From Candidatus Micrarchaeota archaeon (lineage in GTDB: Archaea; Micrarchaeota; Micrarchaeia; Norongarragalinales; SBBD01): a stretch of DNA of 53,613 nucleotides. Made by a program: the position numbers and the translations under genes. Where the stretch lies: the NCBI GenBank assembly GCA_038046605.1, contig JBBSVW010000043.1:1-53613 (forward strand), given 5' to 3'. Positions 1 through 7,309 of the stretch are shown here, piece by piece. The notes below the pieces were generated by a model. The model ran no database searches and was not told the DNA's origin. It worked only from the letters and a program-made list of their open reading frames with translations. Positions within the stretch are counted from its first letter, which is position 1; every line of letters starts with the position of its first letter.

Positions 1-251
1 GCCGCTTAATTGGCGGCTTGCATGAATGGCGTAACGAGTGTCCCACTGTCCCTGCGTCAGACCTGGTGAACCTACTACTCAGTGAACATGCTGAGAACTT
101 CTAGGGGGAAACGAAGACCCCGTGGAGCTTAACCATAGCCTGTTGTTGATTCGCGGTTGGGTGTTCAAAGTGTAAGCAGGAGCCGTTATGTTGCACCTTC
201 TGGGGTGCAGATAGGCGAAATTGTGACACTGCTAATATTTGACTACGAGTC

Positions 252-935
252 TCATCTCGCAAGAGAAACAGCTGCAGGTGGGTGGTTTGACTGGGTGTCC
301 GAGGAGTTCAATATTTTGGCCAATACCTGGTTTTTCGCAATCCCGTAATATTTTGAAGTTGAATTGCAAACTATGCTTTCGTCAAGAAAGCGAATTTTGT
401 CTGCAAAAAGTCGTACGTTGGCTTTACCGCCGATCACGACGCCCTTCAAAGTTATTCGGTTGCGGATCTCGAGGCTTGAGAGTGCTTGTGAGAGTTGCTT
501 TCTAAGCAACGGATGAACGCAAGCTACTTCAACTCGATAATGGCTAGTCCTCTTATCAAGCAAAACGCTGCCATCGCAGGAAAAATAAGCTTGCAAAAAC
601 GGAACTAGTAATTCCGGATTTTCAAGAATTTCCACTGGAATTATTGCTGGAGGAAAAATACCTGTTGGGAAGCGCAGAGTTCGGTAAGTCGGCGAATACT
701 TCATCAGCTCAAGTGCGACTTTTTTCGAGAAAAATCGGATTGAGAGAGCATTGGAGCACTTGTTATAGGATGGATTATTCAAGCCAAAGCATTCTTGCAT
801 CAAATCTTTAAATTTTTCAAGCAAGGCATCAACCTTGTTTGTAAGCTGGATGCAATAAGTCTGCTTGCTTTTATCGAAATAAATAGAGCCGTCTGAGAGT
901 AAAAAACCAATAAGCATTGCCAAATTTTTGTCCAT
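252..935 (-). CDS. Double-motif LAGLIDADG homing endonuclease (227 aa), antisense to the rRNA intron
   Basis: Motifs LAMLIGFLLSDGS and LVPFLQAYFSCDGS with typical spacing. ATG 935 chosen because the longer track start (1052) lies in the exon and a TATA-like box precedes 935. Confidence 0.88.
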   Translation of the reverse strand: MDKNLAMLIGFLLSDGSIYFDKSKQTYCIQLTNKVDALLEKFKDLMQECFGLNNPSYNKCSNALSIRFFSKKVALELMKYSPTYRTLRFPTGIFPPAIIPVEILENPELLVPFLQAYFSCDGSVLLDKRTSHYRVEVACVHPLLRKQLSQALSSLEIRNRITLKGVVIGGKANVRLFADKIRFLDESIVCNSTSKYYGIAKNQVLAKILNSSDTQSNHPPAAVSLAR

Positions 936-1026
936 AATAAAATCATTTCGTAGAGCATATAAGGGCTTTGCAAGGGGTGATTTCGGGTGACAAATTTTAT
1001 TTTTTATGAACTCCTCAGACCAGTAA
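296..1026 (+). other. 23S rRNA intron 1 (archaeal BHB type, 731 nt), between G2252 and G2253 equivalents (P-loop)
   Basis: Canonical BHB: central helix ACTG(290-293)/CAGT(1021-1024), bulges GG|T and AA|G, intron stem GAGGAGTTCA(301-310)/TGAACTCCTC(1007-1016). Cutting after the second nucleotide of each bulge regenerates TTGACTGGGGCGGTAC. Confidence 0.92.
955..970 (-). promoter_or_regulatory. Putative BRE/TATA promoter for the antisense endonuclease
   Basis: Minus strand reads CAAAGCCC-TTATAT-GC, with TTATAT at -27 to -22 from ATG 935, as in leaderless archaeal promoters. Confidence 0.5.
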
Positions 1027-1227
1027 GCGGTACACCTTCGATAAGGAAACAAAGGTGCCCAAAGGTCAGCTCAGGAGCGTCAGAACCGCTCTGTAGAGGG
1101 TTAAACACAAATGCTGGCCTGACTGTGACTTTAAAAAAATGGGTCGCAGACACGAAAGTGGGGGTTAACGAACAACAATGGCCTTTTAATGAGGCCTTGT
1201 TCTGTCAGACAAGCTACCCCGGGGGTA

Positions 1228-1334
1228 ATTTCGTTCAATAAATATTTTTTCTAGAATTTTTTTGGCATTCACTAATTGTAATTATAGTTAGCGGATGCCT
1301 TTACGAATTCACCAATTATTGGACGGAACCTCAA
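1228..1334 (+). other. 23S rRNA intron 2 (BHB, 107 nt, no ORF), between A2450 and A2451 equivalents
   Basis: Central helix GGGG(1222-1225)/CCTC(1329-1332), bulges TA|A and AA|A, 13-bp intron stem TTTCGTTCAATAA/TTATTGGACGGAA, internal hairpin GGCATTC...GGATGCC. Splicing gives CCCCGGGGGTAACAGGCT. Confidence 0.88.
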
Positions 1335-1361
1335 ACAGGCTCGTCGCGTGCTAGAGTTCAT

Positions 1362-1558
1362 ATCTCCATTTTTTGATGACATGAGGAAAATGAAGGATTG
1401 GATTTTTAGCGCTTCGTTCGAGCAATTAGTTTTCGTTTCGGATTGCACTGGCATTGCTAGTGCATGGAGTTCTTTCTTAGTCTAGAGATGTCAGCGCAAG
1501 CTGAAGCCTGATTAATTGTTCGTACGATCGCTGGGGATTGCTTTCCGTGAGGGAAATA
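1362..1558 (+). other. 23S rRNA insertion 3 (197 nt, probable relaxed-BHB intron) in the helix 89 loop, ~U2477/A2478
   Basis: Removal restores GAGTTCATATCGACC. BHB-like fold: GTTC/GAAA helix with one G.A mismatch, bulges AT|A and TA|A, TCTC/GAGG stem. Boundary can slide up to 3 nt because ATC is repeated. Confidence 0.75.
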
Positions 1559-1967
1559 ATCGACCACGCGGTTTGGTACATCGCTATCGGCTCAGGTCAT
1601 CCTGGCGGTGCAGGAGCCGCCAAGGGTTGGGTTGTTCATCCATTAAAGACCTACGTTAGTTGGGTTCAGAACGTCGCGAGACAGTTCGGTGGCATCTCCT
1701 AGAAGTGCATTGCGGTTTGAGGGTAAGGTTCTCTGAGTACGAGAGGAACGGGGAACCGGCGCCGCTGGTATTGCAGCTGTCTTCCAAGGCAAGCTGCGTA
1801 GCTACGCGCTAACGGATAAGTCCTGAAGGCATCTAAGGACGAAGCCGTGCCTAAAACGAAACCGCATAGGCCGCTTAAAGCAGATAAGTTCGATAGGACG
1901 GGGATGTAAGAGGAAAGCGCAAGCGATCCTTGAGTCAACCGTTACTAAAGGCCGTAATCACACATTC

Positions 1968-2103
1968 TCTTAGCCATATTTTCATGGATTTTTATGAAAT
2001 GTTAAAATGGCTTAAGGGATATTCTCAGTGAAATTTCTTTCCAATACAGCGTAAAACACGGGTATGTGTCAGCATCTTGTTGATATATAGCACGTTCATA
2101 CGC
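1968..2103 (+). other. Structured 3' trailer of the pre-23S transcript; no linked 5S gene recognised
   Basis: Hairpins TAGCCAT-ATTTCAT...ATGAAAT..ATGGCT and TATGTGTCAGCA-TCT-TGTTGATATATA inside GCGTA...TACGC. Confidence 0.4.
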
Positions 2104-2238
2104 CGCATTTCCTTTATTTTTGTATCCCTAGCGATGCCCATGAATATTATTCTTACAAGTAGCCCTAGTTATAAAAATAATTAAACAGCTTGCCACAGCC
2201 ATATTATAAAATAGCATCCAATAAACATTCCGATAACA

Positions 2239-2631
2239 ATGCCAGAACCCGAAATCATTATCCACCCGACAATTGACCGGCGGGTTATACGCCATCCAAG
2301 CCAATGGTCAAACAGGTTTTGGCACGAATGGGCAACACCTGAAAAAGTCAAATTCGTGGGAATTGAGGACAATGGACGCAGGACAATTGTTATCGGGAGG
2401 GCGCATCATGGCGCATTGGTAAATTATTTATTCAGAAGGAAAAACTACCCCCCAGAAATACAGGCACGGTTCGTGGAAGATAGCGACGAAGTGCTTGCAA
2501 AAAGGGGCATCAGGACATTTTCAGGAAATTATTACCCTCACAGTAACGAGTTGGAACTGGACTTAGGGGATTCACCAGAAATTAGGCGGGATATTTGGAA
2601 AGCAGTTGAAAAAGCGCTCAAAGGCAAATAA
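2239..2631 (+). CDS. Hypothetical protein (130 aa)
   Basis: Clean ORF with protein-like composition, AT-rich upstream region; no recognisable motif. Confidence 0.65.
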   Translation: MPEPEIIIHPTIDRRVIRHPSQWSNRFWHEWATPEKVKFVGIEDNGRRTIVIGRAHHGALVNYLFRRKNYPPEIQARFVEDSDEVLAKRGIRTFSGNYYPHSNELELDLGDSPEIRRDIWKAVEKALKGK

Positions 2632-2682
2632 CTAAGCGATCCGCGCCTCCGTTTTATAAGCTTTTATCCTCTAGTGTACTCC

Positions 2683-3477
2683 ATGCAAGAGCCCCACGAG
2701 GTAAGAAGGTTTTTTTCCGAAAGCAGGCTTTTCCAGCCGGAGAGGATTTCCGGAGGGATACGATTTACTAGGCTCGGGATTAGCGAATCACCCTTTGGCG
2801 GTGAAACTTACGAGCAATTCCTCCAAAAAAGATTGGGGGAGGCCGGAATTAAGGCAATCATAAAAGAAGAGCCGCTCCAAAATGAGGTTAGGTTCGATCA
2901 CAAAGGAAATCCAATACCCGAACATAATCTGACACGCTATAGATCCATCGTAACAATTAAGGCAAAGGGAAATGATGGGGAAGCCCTAGCAGGTTTGGTA
3001 GAAAAAGCGCGAGTATTCCATCCGGATGCGCTAATGATATTCACGGGATTCCGCCATGATGCGGGACAGCTTATTGGAAAGGTTAAATTCCATGAAACGA
3101 CGGTGCCGGTAATTCAAGAGGGAACGGACCGGATAATTGGAAGGGTTATTCCAAAAAAACCAAATGCGATTTTCGACACCCTGGCGCCCCGTTCCAAAAT
3201 ATTGGATCTGCTAGAGGATAAATTAGGGCACGCATGGGATATGGGCAGGCAGAATGCGGATGCCAAGCTTAACATACAAACACACGTAATGGAATGGGCA
3301 TCGAGGGATCTTGACGAATTTTTGATTGCTAATAATGCAAGGTTCGGATCAACCCCTAAGCAGCATCATGAAAATAGATTAAAGCTTCTCCGCAAATTGA
3401 AGATATCCTTAGTCGATATAATTAAGAAATCAAAAGATCATGCAATTGCAAGGGACCCTATTCGCGCGGAAGCATAA
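2683..3477 (+). CDS. Hypothetical protein (~264 aa)
   Basis: Long ORF; TTTATAAG about 25 nt upstream of ATG 2683. Confidence 0.75.
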   Translation: MQEPHEVRRFFSESRLFQPERISGGIRFTRLGISESPFGGETYEQFLQKRLGEAGIKAIIKEEPLQNEVRFDHKGNPIPEHNLTRYRSIVTIKAKGNDGEALAGLVEKARVFHPDALMIFTGFRHDAGQLIGKVKFHETTVPVIQEGTDRIIGRVIPKKPNAIFDTLAPRSKILDLLEDKLGHAWDMGRQNADAKLNIQTHVMEWASRDLDEFLIANNARFGSTPKQHHENRLKLLRKLKISLVDIIKKSKDHAIARDPIRAEA

Positions 3478-3529
3478 CATATCAGTTGCAGCTGAAATTA
3501 AAATGTTGCTGAAAAAGCGCTAAAAAATA

Positions 3530-3718
3530 TTATTTCTTCTTCTTCGCCGTGCTCGCGAACTTGTTTGTCCACTTGAAGTGCGCCGGGTTCCTCTTGAGGA
3601 GCATGGCGTTCTTTTGGCACTTCCTTGAGCAATAGCGGGTGGATGAGCCATCACGCTTGAAGTACATGAAGCCGGTTCCGGATTCAATTTCAAACCCGCA
3701 AAATGAGCATGCTGCCAT
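3530..3718 (-). CDS. rpl24e: 50S ribosomal protein L24e
   Basis: CSFCG...GTGFMYFKRDG...YCSRKC...RNP..FKWT zinc-finger signature; adjacent to rps28e and rpl7ae. Confidence 0.95.
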   Translation of the reverse strand: MAACSFCGFEIESGTGFMYFKRDGSSTRYCSRKCQKNAMLLKRNPAHFKWTNKFASTAKKKK

Positions 3719-3728
3719 ATTGATCAAC

Positions 3729-4031
3729 TTAGAATGAGCGCCTTAAATCCTTCTTGGGTTTCTTGTTTTTCAGGGGCTTGGCCTCCCGCTCCGTTTCAAG
3801 AAGCATCAAATAATCGCCAACCTTGACGGAGCCCTTTACGTTCCTTCGAATGACCCTGCCTTGGTCCCGCCCATCCATTACCTTGCAAAGCACCTGCAAA
3901 ATCTCGCCAAAAACGCCGGTCTTGCCGACTATTTCGACAATTTCCGCAAGGTGCCCATCAGCCGGGCGGAACTCCTTGTCGTCCTTGTTTTGCATCTGCA
4001 TGTCCTGGAATTTTTTCTTGACTGCGCCCAT
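3729..4031 (-). CDS. rps28e: 30S ribosomal protein S28e with terminal extensions
   Basis: AEIVEIVGKTGVFGEILQVLCKVMDG.DQGRVIRRNVKGSVKVGDYLMLLETEREA core. Confidence 0.95.
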   Translation of the reverse strand: MGAVKKKFQDMQMQNKDDKEFRPADGHLAEIVEIVGKTGVFGEILQVLCKVMDGRDQGRVIRRNVKGSVKVGDYLMLLETEREAKPLKNKKPKKDLRRSF

Positions 4032-4066
4032 AAGTAATCACTTGAATAAAATCAAAGGGAAGCGAA

Positions 4067-4579
4067 TCACGCCTTCACTTCCTCATTCTTTTCCTGGGCC
4101 TTTGGCTCCTCCTTCTTCTCTGCGGGCTTCTTTTCAGCCTTCTTTTTAGGAGCTGCCGCCTTCTTTTCCTCCTTTGCTTCGGGCTTCTTTTCATCACCCT
4201 TGAAATTGAGCTTGCCAGCCATCTTGGAAACGATGTCTTTTAACGTTGCCTCATTTGCGGCATTCCCGGCCTTCTGGATGGCCATCGCGGCGGATCCCAC
4301 ATTCAATCCTGCTGCCTTCCCAAGCGCGATCTTTTCCTTCACATAAATATATGGAACCTTCTTTTCGGAGCAAAGCTGCGGCAGGTGCATTACAATTTCA
4401 GCAGGGTCCACATCCTCGGCTATTACAACAAGCGCCGCCTCGCCGCGCTCGATAGCCTTGGTGCTTTCATTAGTCCCCTTCCGGATGATGCCATTTGCGG
4501 TGCGCACATCCGTTAGGAGGTCAAGAGCCTTCTTTTGGATATCTGACGGAGTCTCGAACTTAACATATTCCTTGGCCAT
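4067..4579 (-). CDS. rpl7ae: 50S ribosomal protein L7Ae with K/E/A-rich C-terminal tail
   Basis: YVKFETP...IRKGTNESTKAIERGEAALVVIAEDVDPAEIVMHLP.LC.EK.VPY signature. Confidence 0.96.
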   Translation of the reverse strand: MAKEYVKFETPSDIQKKALDLLTDVRTANGIIRKGTNESTKAIERGEAALVVIAEDVDPAEIVMHLPQLCSEKKVPYIYVKEKIALGKAAGLNVGSAAMAIQKAGNAANEATLKDIVSKMAGKLNFKGDEKKPEAKEEKKAAAPKKKAEKKPAEKKEEPKAQEKNEEVKA

Positions 4580-4761
4580 AACAATCTCACCTTTTTCATC
4601 GATTGTTCTAATTGCATGTGCAATAGAAAATCAGCATTCTTAGTTAGAGGAATGAAGGTTTATATATCTTCTTTTGGGACGATTGGATTAGGCAAGGATA
4701 GGCATGATAGAAGGAGCGGGCCAGCAATGGAAGGGATAAATTTGTGCATTGGATATCTGCG

Positions 4762-6555
4762 TTAAGCAGGCCTAATCAGATATATTGAGGTGCCGCCTGA
4801 AGAGTAAATTTTTTCTAGGTTTCTGCGCAGGTTATCCGAAATTTTCCCCTCAAGACCTCCCGCACTAAAAATGTGGGTAATTCCGTTTGTTTTTGCCAAA
4901 TCAAGGTCGCCGCCTAGAATGGAGGATTGGATTTGCGCATATTTCGCCTCATCAAATCCGTGAGTTGCAACAAAGTAGGGAATTGAGAGGAATGCGCGCC
5001 TTCCAGCAATTGCATAGATGCAAGCGCTATTTTCAGCTGCCGGATCTGCAATGAAGGTCGAGTTTTTTGGCGTATTTTGGGAAGCCCATTCACATGCGGA
5101 TACAACCGATTTGCCCCCAAGGCTAACTGGAGCGTGCACTGATCCGGGGCTTAGGTAAATGAAAAACTGATTGTAGGATGATATCAAGCCAATTGCAATA
5201 ATTGCAATTGCCAAAAGCCTCAAAGCGGCTCCTTTTTGCACAAAAGATGCCAATGCACCAGCAGCGTAGATGCATGCAATTGCAAGGAATGGGAGGAATA
5301 GCTTGGATGCTTCCAGCTCATATGGGGCAATCCGGAAGAAATTCCCAAATATGAAAAGCGCAAGTGCGCCAAGGGATAGGATCGCAAAATCCCGGCTTAT
5401 CTTCCGTAGAATTATCACCCCAATTGCTGCAAGGGCAATGTGGACACCGGCATTTTGGAGCCAAAAAAGAAGAAGGTCGTTGGGCGCATTTCCCCCATAC
5501 AATTCGAATCTGAAATATTGCATAATTCCGGCTGTTTTTTGCGAAAGCATGATTAGGAATTGAGGGATTGAAATGATTGCAGCAAGCACAAGTGGCCTTG
5601 GATCATACTTTCGGGCAATTGTCAGAAAACCAAACATCACAAAAAATGCCGCAAAGAAGAATGCGTTAAACATGGGAAGAATGCCAAGTAAAACTGCCGC
5701 CTCATAAAGGCGGTTTTTCCTGCTAGATGAAAGCAGCCTAATAAAGACCACAAGGAACAGGAGGGCAAAGGCGGTTGTGAATTGTATGAACGCCAAGGTG
5801 ATTGGGGTGGGACCAAATGGGAAGCCTTTGGAAGCCATCCCTAAAGCAGCACTGCCAATCTGTGGGGAAAAAACTGAAAGGAAGGCGCTGCCGCCCATCT
5901 GGCAACCTGTGCATGGAGATGCAAAAAACAAAAGCGCTACGGATATGAAAGCAAAAAGCCTGCTCCCCAGGATTTCCCTTGCAAGCACATAAAAACCCGC
6001 TAGGAAGGAAACGATGAGGAGGGTTTGCACTAATTGGTATGCAAATATCGTGCTTAAACCTCCAGTAACCAGGCTTGATGCGAAAAGATGGAGGAAATAA
6101 TAATAGGACAGCAGCTCTGAAGAAAGGTTTGGATATGCAGGAGGGAAATTTCCTTGCGAAATGGATGAGATAATTCCCAGATGAAATGCGGTATCCCAGC
6201 TTGCGGATGCTAGGCCGTCTGATTGGTCGATTGCAAGCATGGAGGAGTAGCCGATGAGGAGGAATGAAACCAAAAAAACGGCAAACGAATCCCTGCTAAA
6301 TATTTTTAAATGGGAAAACGCGAATCCTTTGGCTTTCCTTGAAATCGCATAGACTAAAACCACAAGCAAGATGGATGCAGCAAGGACTAAATTGGAATTG
6401 AACCCTAAAACTAGGGAAGCAATGAAAACCAGCCATGAAAATGCTAGGGTTCCGATAAGAAGTGAGGGCGCAAAAAGCTCAACATCAAAAAGCTTTTTTG
6501 CAATCTCGTAGCCAAAAAGAAAGGATGAAGCCAATGCGATTAATGCCAATAACAT
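4762..6555 (-). CDS. Polytopic membrane protein, probable GT-C-fold glycosyltransferase
   Basis: Many TM segments; WD..FH...I.SI..GNFPP.YP...L.YYY first-loop motif; C-terminal W...NTP..S.F domain; next to a GT2 gene. Confidence 0.7.
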   Translation of the reverse strand: MLLALIALASSFLFGYEIAKKLFDVELFAPSLLIGTLAFSWLVFIASLVLGFNSNLVLAASILLVVLVYAISRKAKGFAFSHLKIFSRDSFAVFLVSFLLIGYSSMLAIDQSDGLASASWDTAFHLGIISSISQGNFPPAYPNLSSELLSYYYFLHLFASSLVTGGLSTIFAYQLVQTLLIVSFLAGFYVLAREILGSRLFAFISVALLFFASPCTGCQMGGSAFLSVFSPQIGSAALGMASKGFPFGPTPITLAFIQFTTAFALLFLVVFIRLLSSSRKNRLYEAAVLLGILPMFNAFFFAAFFVMFGFLTIARKYDPRPLVLAAIISIPQFLIMLSQKTAGIMQYFRFELYGGNAPNDLLLFWLQNAGVHIALAAIGVIILRKISRDFAILSLGALALFIFGNFFRIAPYELEASKLFLPFLAIACIYAAGALASFVQKGAALRLLAIAIIAIGLISSYNQFFIYLSPGSVHAPVSLGGKSVVSACEWASQNTPKNSTFIADPAAENSACIYAIAGRRAFLSIPYFVATHGFDEAKYAQIQSSILGGDLDLAKTNGITHIFSAGGLEGKISDNLRRNLEKIYSSGGTSIYLIRPA

Positions 6556-6563
6556 TCGATCGC

Positions 6564-7268
6564 CTACTTGAACAGTGATTTTCCATAAATTGCAATATGC
6601 CGCAGATTGATCTTAGAGCTGCCGCCCTCCCTTTCACCAAAGCTGTAGGGGATTTCCATAATACTAATTCCGGCGGGCGCAGCCTTAAGAAAATCGAATA
6701 ATGCCTTATAGCCTTCCAATGAAAAACGACCACGATATTTTTTGATCAGTTTTTTTGCAAAATCCACGCGAATCCCAAAAAAGCCGGATAGAATGTCATT
6801 GCACATATTGCCGGAAGGCAAAAGCCTCATAAAACCAAGGCCGGATGCAGCAACAGACATCAAACGCCTATGCATGGGCCAATTGTCGGCAACGGAAACC
6901 CTCACGCCAACAACTATTTCATTCCCCTCCCCCAACCCCGCAACAATGCTGCGTATTTTCTCTGGCGGATGCTGCAAATCGCCATCCATAATTACGGCAT
7001 ATTTTGCCCGGGTTTGCTCCAAACCTACAATAACGCTCGCGGTTAGGCCGTGGATTTTTTCCTTGCGCCTATCAATTACCCGGATGCGACTTTTTTTCCT
7101 GCCAATTTTCGAAACTATTGAAACAGTGCCATCGCTAGAGCCATCATCAACAACAATTACGGATATGCCAGGGTACAAATTCGAAATCAGCCTTATGAGT
7201 TTTCCTATGCTGCGGGCCTCATTCAAGGTGGGAATAATTACAGTTGTGCCGGAATAATCCTTTGCCAT
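6564..7268 (-). CDS. Polyprenol-phosphate hexose synthase (GT2, DPM1-like)
   Basis: IIPTLNE, VVDDGSSDGT, MDGDLQHPPE, DILSGFF and REGGSSK motifs. Confidence 0.9.
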   Translation of the reverse strand: MAKDYSGTTVIIPTLNEARSIGKLIRLISNLYPGISVIVVDDGSSDGTVSIVSKIGRKKSRIRVIDRRKEKIHGLTASVIVGLEQTRAKYAVIMDGDLQHPPEKIRSIVAGLGEGNEIVVGVRVSVADNWPMHRRLMSVAASGLGFMRLLPSGNMCNDILSGFFGIRVDFAKKLIKKYRGRFSLEGYKALFDFLKAAPAGISIMEIPYSFGEREGGSSKINLRHIAIYGKSLFK

Positions 7269-7309
7269 GAGGAAAATTTGGCGTAGGGCGCTTAATTAAT
7301 CGATTGCAA

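Larger units (their letters stand above)
1..1960 (+). rRNA. rrl: 23S rRNA, 3' portion (domains IV-VI), interrupted by three insertions; 5' truncated by the window, 3' end approximate
   Basis: Conserved LSU motifs: TGCATGAATGGCGTAACGA (19-37), GAAGACCCCGTGGAGC (113-128), TTTGACTGGG|GCGGTAC, GGGGGTA|ACAGGCT, GGGTTCAGAACGTCGCGAGACAGTTCGG, and sarcin-ricin loop AGTACGAGAGGAAC (~1736-1749). G at the 2058 equivalent is archaeal-type. Confidence 0.97.

Noticed and set aside
936-1052. Longer 266-aa version of the endonuclease ORF in the track
   Set aside because: The start lies in the rRNA exon. ATG 935 directly precedes the first LAGLIDADG helix and has a TATA-like box at the expected distance.
1228-1558. 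Group I or group II identity for the small 23S inserts (site 2449 is a known group I position; CGTACGATC resembles group II domain V)
   Set aside because: They are too short, lack an exon-U/terminal-G pair at the inferred junctions and a P7 core, and have no GUGYG start. BHB geometry regenerates the exact exon sequence.
157-1938. Short ORFs overlapping the 23S exons
   Set aside because: Chance ORFs within rRNA sequence.
1961-2238. 5S rRNA or tRNA after the 23S gene
   Set aside because: No 5S or cloverleaf motifs; only AT-rich hairpins.
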